From contig JAZQHV010000082.1 in the NCBI GenBank assembly GCA_045540755.1, positions 125,750 to 189,749 of the forward strand: 64,000 bases of DNA, written 5' to 3'. This document shows, piece by piece, positions 26,697 to 34,174 of this stretch. A model generated the notes under the pieces. It ran no database searches and was not told the DNA's origin. It saw nothing but the letters and a program-made list of their open reading frames with translations. The DNA is from Eubacteriales bacterium (GTDB lineage: Bacteria; Bacillota; Clostridia; Oscillospirales; CAG-272). A program made the position numbers and the translations under genes. How positions within the stretch are numbered: position 1 is the stretch's first letter; each line of letters begins with the position of its first letter.

Positions 26697-28280
26697 ATGC
26701 AAAAGAAAATTTTCAGCATCCTTTTGGCAGCAATGCTGCTTTGCCTGTTTACCTTTGCGGTTGCGGCAAACGATTTTATTGAGATCGGCGATGCCGACTC
26801 GTTTATGGCACTCATGAATGCCGAGGACGAGGCTACGCTGAACAGCAACTACAAGCTGGTTGCAGACATTGACCTGACCGACGTGAAGGGTCAGACTCCG
26901 ATCGGTACCCGTGAGGTTCCTTTCACCGGTATTTTCGACGGTAACGGTCACACCGTTAAGGGCATCGACATCACCAGCTTCCTGACCGAGACGGGTCTCT
27001 TCGGCGGCACCAAGGGTGCAACCGTGCAGAACCTGACCGTAGAGGGTAGCATCGTTTCCACCGGCAACAACGTTTCGGGTATTGTCGGCAGAGCAGTGCT
27101 CCCGCTCACCGTGACCAACTGTGTCAACAAGGTCAACGTTCTGATGATGGACTCCTCCTCCAAGGTTGGCGTCGGCGGTATTGTTGGCTCCATAGTATCC
27201 GAAGAGCCCGACGTTTCCTTTGAGATCCGTGATTGCGTCAACTACGGCACGATCCAGAGCTTCAGCGGCGGTAGCGGCTATTGCGCAGGTATCGCAGGCT
27301 ATATCCTTTCCAATGCACTTCCGAACGTAAACGGCGTGATCGCAAACTGCGTGAACTACGGTAAGGTCGATTCCTTCGGCGCATCCGTTGCAGGCGGTAT
27401 CATGGGCTACGCGCGCTTCCAGGGTGCGGAGACCGTCGGCGAGTTCAAGATCGTGGACTGCGCTAACTTCGGCGAGATCCACGGCAGATGCTACAACGGC
27501 GGTATCATCGGCGCTTTCGGCAACGAGAACGGCGTCAACAACATGACCTTTATCATGGATAACGTTTACAACGCAGGTTTTGTATTCGGTATGAGTGACG
27601 ATTCCAGCCACAGCGGCAGTATCGTCGGTCTGATCCGTATCCCCGTGCTGGATGCAAACGGTGTAGCAACCATTTACGTGACCAACGCAATGGACGTTGC
27701 AAACGAGAATCTTTCGCTCGTTGGTAACCTTGGCGCACTGGAGAACTCCTCCATCAAGTTCGAGGGCCTGTACACTACCAAGGGCACTTCTGTTATTCAC
27801 TATGATCCTACCGTAAACGGCGGCACCTTCGTACAGCAGTCGATGGTTACCGTATCCAGCTGTGCAGTTGCAGGCTCGGATGAGGCTACGCTTACCGCTC
27901 TCGTTGCTTCCGATACGGATGCATGGTCGAAGGTAGACGGCGTTCCCGCGCTTACATATTTCGCAGACCTGATCGCAGGCGCACCTGCAATTCTGGAGTC
28001 CCTGCAGCCCGCAGAGACTGAGGCGCCCGAGACCACCGCGGCACCTGAGACAACTGCAGCTCCCGAGGAGACAGACGCTCCCGAGGAGACCGAGGTAAAG
28101 GGCGACGAGGATGAAGAGGATGAAAAGCCCGAGGATACCAAGGCAACCACCAAGGCTCCTGCGGCTCCCACCGCTCCCGCTGAGGACGGTGCTCCCATCG
28201 GTCTGATCATCGGCATTGTAGCGGCAGTGATCGTTGTAGCGGCAATCGTTGTGATCATCATTAAGAAGAAAAAGAACTAA
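26697..28280 (+). CDS. Surface protein: signal peptide + GLUG-motif repeat domain + acidic/Thr-Pro linker + C-terminal TM anchor with a KKKK tail
   Basis: AAAGGAG RBS and signal peptide MQKKIFSILLAAMLLCLFTFAVAA. Repeated G(L/I)(F/V/I)G motifs occur (TGLFGG, SGIVGR, GGIVGS, AGIAGY, GGIMGY, GGIIGA). The tail is APAEDGAPIGLIIGIVAAVIVVAAIVVIIIKKKKN. Confidence 0.9.
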   Translation: MQKKIFSILLAAMLLCLFTFAVAANDFIEIGDADSFMALMNAEDEATLNSNYKLVADIDLTDVKGQTPIGTREVPFTGIFDGNGHTVKGIDITSFLTETGLFGGTKGATVQNLTVEGSIVSTGNNVSGIVGRAVLPLTVTNCVNKVNVLMMDSSSKVGVGGIVGSIVSEEPDVSFEIRDCVNYGTIQSFSGGSGYCAGIAGYILSNALPNVNGVIANCVNYGKVDSFGASVAGGIMGYARFQGAETVGEFKIVDCANFGEIHGRCYNGGIIGAFGNENGVNNMTFIMDNVYNAGFVFGMSDDSSHSGSIVGLIRIPVLDANGVATIYVTNAMDVANENLSLVGNLGALENSSIKFEGLYTTKGTSVIHYDPTVNGGTFVQQSMVTVSSCAVAGSDEATLTALVASDTDAWSKVDGVPALTYFADLIAGAPAILESLQPAETEAPETTAAPETTAAPEETDAPEETEVKGDEDEEDEKPEDTKATTKAPAAPTAPAEDGAPIGLIIGIVAAVIVVAAIVVIIIKKKKN

Positions 28281-28284
28281 AGCA

Positions 28285-28316
28285 TAAAAAAAGAAGCCGA
28301 AAGGCTTCTTTTTTTA
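28285..28316. terminator. Bidirectional terminator
   Basis: AAGAAGCC-GAAA-GGCTTCTT with an A-run and a T-run. Confidence 0.8.
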
Positions 28317-29258
28317 TGGTTGCAAGCCGTATGGCTTGTAAGGGGATTTTTCAACGACCTTGCTGCCGAGCAGCTCGCCGTTGTCCCCGATACGGTATTC
28401 TACCTTGGAGGAGCGGATAAAGCCGTTGCATTCGGCGTAGAACTGTACGACAACGCTTGTAAATCCGTGTGCCGATCCGTCCGATACAAAGGAGTAGGCG
28501 GTGTTTCCGCCGATGCCGCCTTCCATGATGTAGAGAGTTGCATCCTCCACGCGGAGCAGATCGCTGCATTCCTCTTTTGTGATGGTGAGTCCTGCTTTTT
28601 CCTGTAACAGTTTTTCAAATTCGCTGTAGAGCATATGGCCGTTTTCACCGTAGGTGCGGACGAGATAGTTGATATAGCGCGTCGGATCCGTTCCTTCACC
28701 GTATGCGGGCATTTCCCAACGCATTGCCGAGGCGATCCAGTTCCGCACGGCATCCTTTGCCGCAGAATCGGGAATCGTGGGGAGATTTCGCGGATCCTCG
28801 CCCTCAAATTCGATATAACAGTCCACAATATCGTTTACGATCGTGCGATACGTGCCAACGGGTAGCGTATCGAGTGCCGATTCGGTTACAGTAAAGTTGA
28901 ATGCCAGCTGGTAATATTCGTACTGCTCGGGGTCACGGATGATCTCATATTCGCTCACCTTGACCGAGTTGAACTCTAAAAATTCCGAGTCGTTTTCGAT
29001 GAAGTTTCGTAAAAAGTTCAAACAGTTGTCTGAAAAGTTACCGTCGTGATTGAAGTCCTCCCACACGTCCAGAGACGTGACCGTGATACGCTCGTCCTCT
29101 ATCGTGATAAAGTCGCTTTTGGGGCGCTCGTCGATAACAGGCTCGGTGATGACAACGATCTCGCCGGGAGCGGGGACAGCTGGCTGTTCTGCCTTGTTAC
29201 ATGCGGAAAACAGAAGTACGGCGGCAAGCGCCGGCGCTATAATGTGTATCTGTCTCAT
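28314..29258 (-). CDS. Lipoprotein of unknown function
   Basis: GGAGG RBS. MRQIHIIAPALAAVLLFSAC is a lipobox (L-F-S-A-C) signal. Confidence 0.8.
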   Translation of the reverse strand: MRQIHIIAPALAAVLLFSACNKAEQPAVPAPGEIVVITEPVIDERPKSDFITIEDERITVTSLDVWEDFNHDGNFSDNCLNFLRNFIENDSEFLEFNSVKVSEYEIIRDPEQYEYYQLAFNFTVTESALDTLPVGTYRTIVNDIVDCYIEFEGEDPRNLPTIPDSAAKDAVRNWIASAMRWEMPAYGEGTDPTRYINYLVRTYGENGHMLYSEFEKLLQEKAGLTITKEECSDLLRVEDATLYIMEGGIGGNTAYSFVSDGSAHGFTSVVVQFYAECNGFIRSSKVEYRIGDNGELLGSKVVEKSPYKPYGLQP

Positions 29259-29281
29259 GATAGCCTCCAAACTTTTTCTAC

Positions 29282-29310
29282 AGTATAGCATATCAGCAAA
29301 AGATTTGCAA
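29282..29310 (-). promoter_or_regulatory. Promoter of the lipoprotein gene
   Basis: Minus strand has TTGCAA, a 17-nt spacer, then TGcTATACT. Confidence 0.55.
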
Positions 29311-29312
29311 CC

Positions 29313-29341
29313 CAAAAAGGGACTGCGTTTGCAGTCCCTTT
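29313..29341 (-). terminator. Terminator after the kinase-like gene
   Basis: Minus-strand hairpin AAGGGACTGC-AAAC-GCAGTCCCTT followed by TTTTT. Confidence 0.75.
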
Positions 29342-29345
29342 GGCT

Positions 29346-30095
29346 TTATTCGTATTCGACAACGTCTACCCAGCGGAGCAGAAATTCGCGCTCCGAGGGA
29401 TTCCCCTTGACCGATTGCGATGCCGCAACGATCGGGAGCCACTTTTGGATATACTGCTTGGCTGTGTCGCTTTTTTTACAGAAAATATCCATGTACGTTT
29501 TTGCGCCGTCTTCATCGCCGGCAAGGCAGAACAAAAGATAACTTCTGGCTACGTCAGCAGAGGCATTTCCTTGCGTAACGTGCGCCCAGTCAAGCACGTA
29601 GGGTATTCCGTCCGGTGTAACGATGATATTCGAGGGATCGAGATCACCGTGGCAGACCTTGTTGTGCTTCGGCATGGAGGCAAGGCGGGTATGCAGCTCA
29701 TAGCGCGTCGTCGCATCCAGCTCGGTGAGGTCTATTTTGCGATTCATTTTGTCTTTCAAACGCGTGAGCAGGGGGGACTTTTTTGTATGGATCGCCATCT
29801 GCACGTCCACCATCAGCTCGATATATTCGCGTTTTTTGTCGGGATGCTCCTGCATCAGCATTTCCAGCGTTTTGCCTTCAATATAATCTAAAACAATCGC
29901 CCACTTGCCATCGATCTTGGTTACTTCGTGGATGCGGGGGATGCATAGCCCTGTTTCCTCCACGCGCGCTTGGTTTAGCGCTTCATTCAAAACGTCCGCT
30001 TTGGAGTATTCTTCGTTAAACAGCTTGATGACCTTGTCACCGTCGCGGTAGATCACCTTGTTCGGATGCTGTGCTAAGATTTTATCCAGTTTCAT
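29346..30095 (-). CDS. Aminoglycoside/choline-kinase-like phosphotransferase (APH family fold)
   Basis: Brenner-type catalytic loop HGDLDPSNI and downstream DW. The GGAGGG RBS begins 4 nt after the adhE stop. Confidence 0.8.
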   Translation of the reverse strand: MKLDKILAQHPNKVIYRDGDKVIKLFNEEYSKADVLNEALNQARVEETGLCIPRIHEVTKIDGKWAIVLDYIEGKTLEMLMQEHPDKKREYIELMVDVQMAIHTKKSPLLTRLKDKMNRKIDLTELDATTRYELHTRLASMPKHNKVCHGDLDPSNIIVTPDGIPYVLDWAHVTQGNASADVARSYLLFCLAGDEDGAKTYMDIFCKKSDTAKQYIQKWLPIVAASQSVKGNPSEREFLLRWVDVVEYE

Positions 30096-30107
30096 CGTTC
30101 TCCCTCC

Positions 30108-32723
30108 TTATACAGTCTCGTGCGTTCCGTAGTATGCGTTCAAGTACATCTGCTTGATCTCGCGCATCAGCGGATAGCGGGGATTGGCACCCGTGCACTG
30201 GTCGTCAGACGCCTGCTCGGTCATTTCGTCGAGTCGGGCAAGGAAATCTGCCTCGTCGGGGACGTAGTCGCGGATGGTCTCCTGAATGCCGATCGCTTTC
30301 TTCAGCTTGTCGATCTCGGCAATCAGCTTATCGACCTTTTGGGCATCATTCTCGCCCGAAAGTCCGAGATGCTCGGCGATCTCTGCGTAGCGGCGAAGGG
30401 TGTGCGGGTGGTCGTACTGTGGGAACGTACCCATTTTTGTCGGTACATCGCTTGCATTAAAGCGGATGACCTCGTCGATCATCAAAGCGTTTGCAACGCC
30501 GTGGGGCAGATGATGAAAGGCACCGAGCTTGTGTGCCATCGAGTGGCACACGCCGAGGAATGCATTGGCAAATGCCATGCCCGCCATGGTTGCGGCGTTT
30601 GCCATCTTTTCACGTGCGAGGATGTTTGTGCCGTCGGCATAAGCGACGGGGAGGTACGCAAAGATGGTTTTGAGCGCACCGAGTGCAAGACTATCTGTGT
30701 AATCGGTTGCCATCATCGAGGCATATGCCTCCAGTGCGTGTGTGACAGCGTCGATACCGGAGGCGGCTGTCAGCCCCTTGGGGGCTGTCATGTGCAGATC
30801 GGTGTCCACAATTGCCATCTTCGGGAGCAATTCGTAGTCGGCGAGGGGGTATTTTACGCCCGTACTCTCGTCGGTAATAACGGCGAACGGCGTGACCTCA
30901 CTGCCCGTGCCCGCCGAGGTGGGGATAGCAATAAAATATGCCTTTTCGCCCATCTTCGGGAAGGTGTAGATGCGCTTGCGGATGTCCATAAAGCGCATCG
31001 CCATGTCCATAAAGTCCGCGTCGGGATGTTCGTAGAGCACCCACATGATCTTTGCCGCATCCATTGCCGAACCGCCGCCCAGCGCGATGATACAGTCGGG
31101 GGCAAAGGCGGTCATCTGTGCGGCGCCTGCTTTCGCACAGGCGAGCGTGGGGTCGGGCTCGACGGCAGAGAAGGTCGTGTGCATGATGCCCATTTCGTCG
31201 AGTTTGTCTGTGATTGGCTTTGTGAAGCCGTTTTGGTACAAAAAGCTGTCTGTGACGATAAATGCCTTTTTCTTGCCGAGGACGTTTTTCAGTTCTTCCA
31301 GTGCAACAGGCAGGCATCCCTTTTTAATATACACCTTTTCGGGGGCGCGGAACCAAAGCATGTTTTCTCTCCTCTCAGCAACGGTCTTGATATTCAACAG
31401 GTGTTTTACGCTTACGTTTTCGGCAACGCTGTTGCCGCCCCAGGAGCCGCATCCCAGCGTCAGGGAAGGCGTAAATTTGAAGTTGTAGATATCGCCGATG
31501 CCGCCTTGCGAGGAGGGGGTGTTGACTACGATGCGGCAGGTATGCATACGCTCGGCAAACGTGTTGAGCTTGGCACGTTCTGCCACGGTGTCAAGATAAA
31601 TGGACGCAGTGTGCCCAAGACCGCCGTCGTGAACGAGCTGTTCTGCTTTGGCAAGTGCATCCTCAAAGGTCTGCGCTTTATACATCGCGAGAACGGGGGA
31701 GAGCTTTTCATGCGCGAATTCTTCGGAAAGATCCGTGCTTGTTACCTCGCCTATGAGGATCTTGGTGTGCTTAGGAACGGAAACGCCTGCAAGCGAAGCG
31801 ATTTTATGCGCACATTGTCCGACGATTTTTGCGTTCAGCGCGCCGTTGATCAAGATGGTGTGACGCACTTTTTCGAGTTCGTCCGCCGAGAGAAAATGAC
31901 AGCCGCGATCGGAAAATTCTTTTTTCACGGCGTCGTAGATCGATTCCATAACGATGACAGATTGCTCGGAGGCGCAGATCATACCGTTGTCAAAGGTCTT
32001 GGAATGAATGACTGAGTTGACGGCGAGAGCTACGTCACAGCTTTCATCAAAGATAGCGGGAGTGTTGCCTGCACCAACGCCGATCGCGGGCTTTCCGCTT
32101 GAATAAGCGGCGCGTACCATGCCGGGGCCGCCCGTGGCGAGGATGATGTCTGCTTCCTTCATGACGAGGTTCGTCATTTCAAGAGACGGAACGTCGATCC
32201 ACGCAATAATGTCCTCGGGCGCTCCTGCTTCTACAGCGGCTTCCAGAATAATGCGGGCGGCGCAAACGGTGGAATCCTTTGCGCGCGGATGGGGGCTGAT
32301 GATGATGCCGTTGCGCGTTTTCAGCGCAAGCAGGCATTTGAAGATGGCAGTCGAGGTTGGGTTTGTTGTGGGAATGACCGCGGCGACAACGCCGATGGGG
32401 GCGGCGATTTTTTGAATGCCGTAGGCTTTGTCCTCCTCGATCACGCCACAGGTCTTCGTGTCCTTGTAGGCGTTATAGATGTACTCTGCTGCATAGTGAT
32501 TCTTGATGACCTTGTCTTCGACAATGCCCATGCCCGTTTCGGCAACGGCAAGCTTTGCGAGCGGGATGCGCTGGCGGTCGGCGGCAATTGCCGCCGCGCG
32601 GAAGATCGCATCGACCTGCTCTTGCGTGTAGGCGGCGAATTTCTTTTGCGCGGCGCGCACACGCGCGATCGCCGCTTCCAGCGCTTCGACACCGTCTACT
32701 GTTTTGTAGTTTTGTGGATCCAT
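30108..32723 (-). CDS. adhE: Bifunctional acetaldehyde-CoA/alcohol dehydrogenase
   Basis: An 871-aa ALDH domain plus an Fe-ADH domain (GGGSAMDAAK, HSMAHKLG...H motifs). AAAGGAG RBS. Confidence 0.95.
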   Translation of the reverse strand: MDPQNYKTVDGVEALEAAIARVRAAQKKFAAYTQEQVDAIFRAAAIAADRQRIPLAKLAVAETGMGIVEDKVIKNHYAAEYIYNAYKDTKTCGVIEEDKAYGIQKIAAPIGVVAAVIPTTNPTSTAIFKCLLALKTRNGIIISPHPRAKDSTVCAARIILEAAVEAGAPEDIIAWIDVPSLEMTNLVMKEADIILATGGPGMVRAAYSSGKPAIGVGAGNTPAIFDESCDVALAVNSVIHSKTFDNGMICASEQSVIVMESIYDAVKKEFSDRGCHFLSADELEKVRHTILINGALNAKIVGQCAHKIASLAGVSVPKHTKILIGEVTSTDLSEEFAHEKLSPVLAMYKAQTFEDALAKAEQLVHDGGLGHTASIYLDTVAERAKLNTFAERMHTCRIVVNTPSSQGGIGDIYNFKFTPSLTLGCGSWGGNSVAENVSVKHLLNIKTVAERRENMLWFRAPEKVYIKKGCLPVALEELKNVLGKKKAFIVTDSFLYQNGFTKPITDKLDEMGIMHTTFSAVEPDPTLACAKAGAAQMTAFAPDCIIALGGGSAMDAAKIMWVLYEHPDADFMDMAMRFMDIRKRIYTFPKMGEKAYFIAIPTSAGTGSEVTPFAVITDESTGVKYPLADYELLPKMAIVDTDLHMTAPKGLTAASGIDAVTHALEAYASMMATDYTDSLALGALKTIFAYLPVAYADGTNILAREKMANAATMAGMAFANAFLGVCHSMAHKLGAFHHLPHGVANALMIDEVIRFNASDVPTKMGTFPQYDHPHTLRRYAEIAEHLGLSGENDAQKVDKLIAEIDKLKKAIGIQETIRDYVPDEADFLARLDEMTEQASDDQCTGANPRYPLMREIKQMYLNAYYGTHETV

Positions 32724-32853
32724 AGCAATTCTCCTTTGCGTTATTGTTGTTGCAGGAATTGCTCAAAATCTCCGTATCCTTGCATCTATGACAAAATTTT
32801 AACACACAAGTTAAAATATTGTCAATGTGTAATCTGCCGATCTTCCGCGCGTT

Positions 32854-32881
32854 TTTTTCACGGAATTGTGAAAAATCACAA
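32854..32881. promoter_or_regulatory. Two overlapping inverted repeats upstream of adhE (candidate operator; Rex/CRP-like half-sites with non-canonical spacing)
   Basis: TTTTTCAC-GGAATT-GTGAAAAA overlaps TTGTGA-AAAA-TCACAA, about 130-160 nt upstream of the adhE start. Confidence 0.4.
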
Positions 32882-32949
32882 CGGTATCGTTTCTTTGACA
32901 GGGAAGAATAAAAAAATCAAAAAAATATAAAAAAATTATTGATAAAGAC

Positions 32950-32978
32950 TTGATTTTTGTTTTGGGTTGTGCTATTAT
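32950..32978 (+). promoter_or_regulatory. Candidate tRNA-Ser promoter
   Basis: TTGATT, a 17-nt spacer, then TATTAT, about 20 nt upstream of the tRNA 5' end, in an AT-rich UP-like tract. Confidence 0.5.
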
Positions 32979-32999
32979 AATGAATGTTGTGAGCAACTT

Positions 33000-33090
33000 G
33001 GAGAAGTCGCCTAGTTGGTCGAGGGCGCGCGACTGGAAATCGCGTAACCGGTAACACGGTTCGAGAGTTCGAATCTCTCCTTCTCCGCCA
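33000..33090 (+). tRNA. tRNA-Ser (anticodon GGA), CCA encoded
   Basis: A manual cloverleaf fits. Acceptor GGAGAAG/CTTCTCC, 3-bp D stem, anticodon stem CGCGA/TCGCG with loop CTGGAAA, long variable arm (ACCG/CGGT), T-arm GAGAG-TTCGAAT-CTCTC, then G-CCA. Confidence 0.93.
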
Positions 33091-33092
33091 AT

Positions 33093-33123
33093 AAAAAAAC
33101 ACCGTTTTTACGGTGTTTTTTTA
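33093..33123 (+). terminator. Terminator after tRNA-Ser
   Basis: AAACACCG-TTTTTA-CGGTGTTT followed by TTTTT. Confidence 0.8.
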
Positions 33124-33153
33124 TTGCTGTGCAAGGAGGGTACCAAGAGAACC

Positions 33154-33215
33154 TCGCGCTCATTTGCGTTAGCAAATGAATAAGGGGTCGCCTTGCGAGC
33201 CCTTGAGAGTCTTCG
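33154..33215 (+). repeat. 62-bp direct repeat, copy 1 (contains two small hairpins and runs into the tRNA 3' fragment)
   Basis: TC(G/T)CGCTCATTTGCGTTAGCAAATGAATAAGGGGTCGCCTTGCGAGCCCTTGAGAGTCTTCG. It is identical to copy 2 except for one base. Confidence 0.9.
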
Positions 33216-33234
33216 AATCTCTCCTTCTCCGCCA
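33205..33234 (+). pseudogene. Duplicated 3' fragment of tRNA-Ser (T-arm with a 2-nt insertion + acceptor 3' strand + CCA)
   Basis: TTCGAATCTCTCCTTCTCCGCCA (33212-33234) is identical to 33068-33090. No matching 5' half forms a cloverleaf. A further inverted partial T-arm copy lies at 33278-33297. Confidence 0.8.
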
Positions 33235-33235
33235 A

Positions 33236-33266
33236 ACAAAAACCACCCGTTAGGGTGGTTTTTTGT
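33236..33266 (+). terminator. Terminator-like hairpin after the tRNA fragment
   Basis: AAAACCACCC-GTTA-GGGTGGTTTT followed by TTG. Confidence 0.7.
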
Positions 33267-33463
33267 TTGGCATTGGAAGATTCGAACTCTCTCGAGAGGG
33301 AGCGTTGCGAGCGCCGCCGGTGGCGGATGCAGCGAGCAAAAGCGAGTGACAAAACAAGGAGCCTTGCACCGTGAAGGGGCAAGGCGACTATGTTTTGGAG
33401 GTGCAAGCATCGCGTAGCGATGCGCGATCGAACAAACGTAGCACATTGCCATTGCAGATGTTC

Positions 33464-33525
33464 TCTCGCTCATTTGCGTTAGCAAATGAATAAGGGGTCG
33501 CCTTGCGAGCCCTTGAGAGTCTTCG
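33464..33525 (+). repeat. 62-bp direct repeat, copy 2
   Basis: Same sequence as 33154-33215, offset by 310 bp. Its 3' end decays into GGATTTTTT instead of the tRNA T-loop. Confidence 0.9.
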
Positions 33526-33605
33526 GATTTTTTCGAGAGTTATAAAAGATTGCATTTTTTCTATTTTTCATATATAATATTAACAGACTCAAAAGGAGGA
33601 ATAAA

Positions 33606-34139
33606 ATGAAACGGCTGTTTTTGCTTGCTTTTGTTTGCGTTTTTTTGTTTTGCAATTGTGCTTTCACAGAGTTTCTTCCAAACGAGGAGACCGTGTTTAC
33701 TGTACAGAACTATGACTTGGAGATCACTGTTTCCGGCTATTTTAAGGACGTAACGCAGGGAAGTCCTTTTGACCTGCAACTTGCCAATCAAAATGCGTAT
33801 TTGAGCATTATGGCATATAAATACATCGATCTTTCCGAAGAGCAGACCCCGCTGGACGTTTATACATATCAAAATGAGGATATATTCAGCAAAAGGGACA
33901 ACGTGCAGGTGGTTGAAGAGGAAACGGTTACTACACTTGCGGATAAGGAAATATACAAAACAAGATATTCCGCCGAGCACAACGGTTTTAAAAACTACTA
34001 TGATTCCTATCTTGTAGACTTCAAAGAAAACGAGACGTTTGCCTGGGTTTTGATCTCTGCGCTTCCGTCTTATTTGGAAGCAAACGGAGACGCCTTGGAA
34101 AGCATGGTACATACTATTGCCTATGCTTCTGCCAAATAG
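33606..34139 (+). CDS. Small secreted protein or lipoprotein of unknown function, in an AT-rich gene
   Basis: AAGGAGG RBS. MKRLFLLAFVCVFLFCNC is an N-terminal signal with Cys residues. The gene is visibly AT-richer than its flanks. Confidence 0.7.
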   Translation: MKRLFLLAFVCVFLFCNCAFTEFLPNEETVFTVQNYDLEITVSGYFKDVTQGSPFDLQLANQNAYLSIMAYKYIDLSEEQTPLDVYTYQNEDIFSKRDNVQVVEEETVTTLADKEIYKTRYSAEHNGFKNYYDSYLVDFKENETFAWVLISALPSYLEANGDALESMVHTIAYASAK

Positions 34140-34140
34140 C

Positions 34141-34172
34141 AAAAACCACCCCGAAAAGGGTGGTTTCTTTGC
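34141..34172. terminator. Bidirectional terminator
   Basis: AAACCACCC-CGAAAA-GGGTGGTTT hairpin between convergent genes. Confidence 0.75.
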
Positions 34173-34174
34173 TT

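Noticed and set aside
30120-32015. A 631-aa plus-strand ORF inside adhE. Similar long antisense ORFs lie at 4667-6067, 7383-8696, 16647-17963, 36495-38468, 39480-40493, 48781-50115, 54036-54719, 56328-57299 and 62439-63416.
   Set aside because: Each lies opposite a gene with strong family motifs (AdhE, SGNH protein, LysA, Na/Pi, Gfo/Qor, MDR, AtpA, GH31, GH43). They are codon-phase shadow ORFs typical of GC-rich, codon-biased genes. None has an RBS or a protein-like composition.
32866-32881. Calling TTGTGAAAAATCACAA upstream of adhE a Rex (or CRP/FNR) operator.
   Set aside because: The half-sites fit, but the TGTGA-to-TCACA spacing is 4 nt instead of the 6 nt in the Rex (TTGTGAAnnnnTTCACAA) and CRP consensus sites. 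It is reported only as an unassigned palindrome.
33134-33234. A possible second, unusual tRNA (for example Sec-like) ending in the duplicated CTTCTCCGCCA.
   Set aside because: Only a weak acceptor pairing (GGAGGGT with two G-T pairs and a mismatch) can be drawn. There is no 5-bp anticodon stem with a 7-nt loop, and the internal hairpins are a 7-bp stem with a 4-nt loop and a 3-nt-loop stem. The T-loop has a 2-nt insertion. I treat it as a fragment.
33011-33485. Minus-strand ORFs of 125-131 aa spanning the tRNA-Ser region.
   Set aside because: They overlap a tRNA gene, two terminators and repeat scars, and they lack an RBS. They are non-coding.
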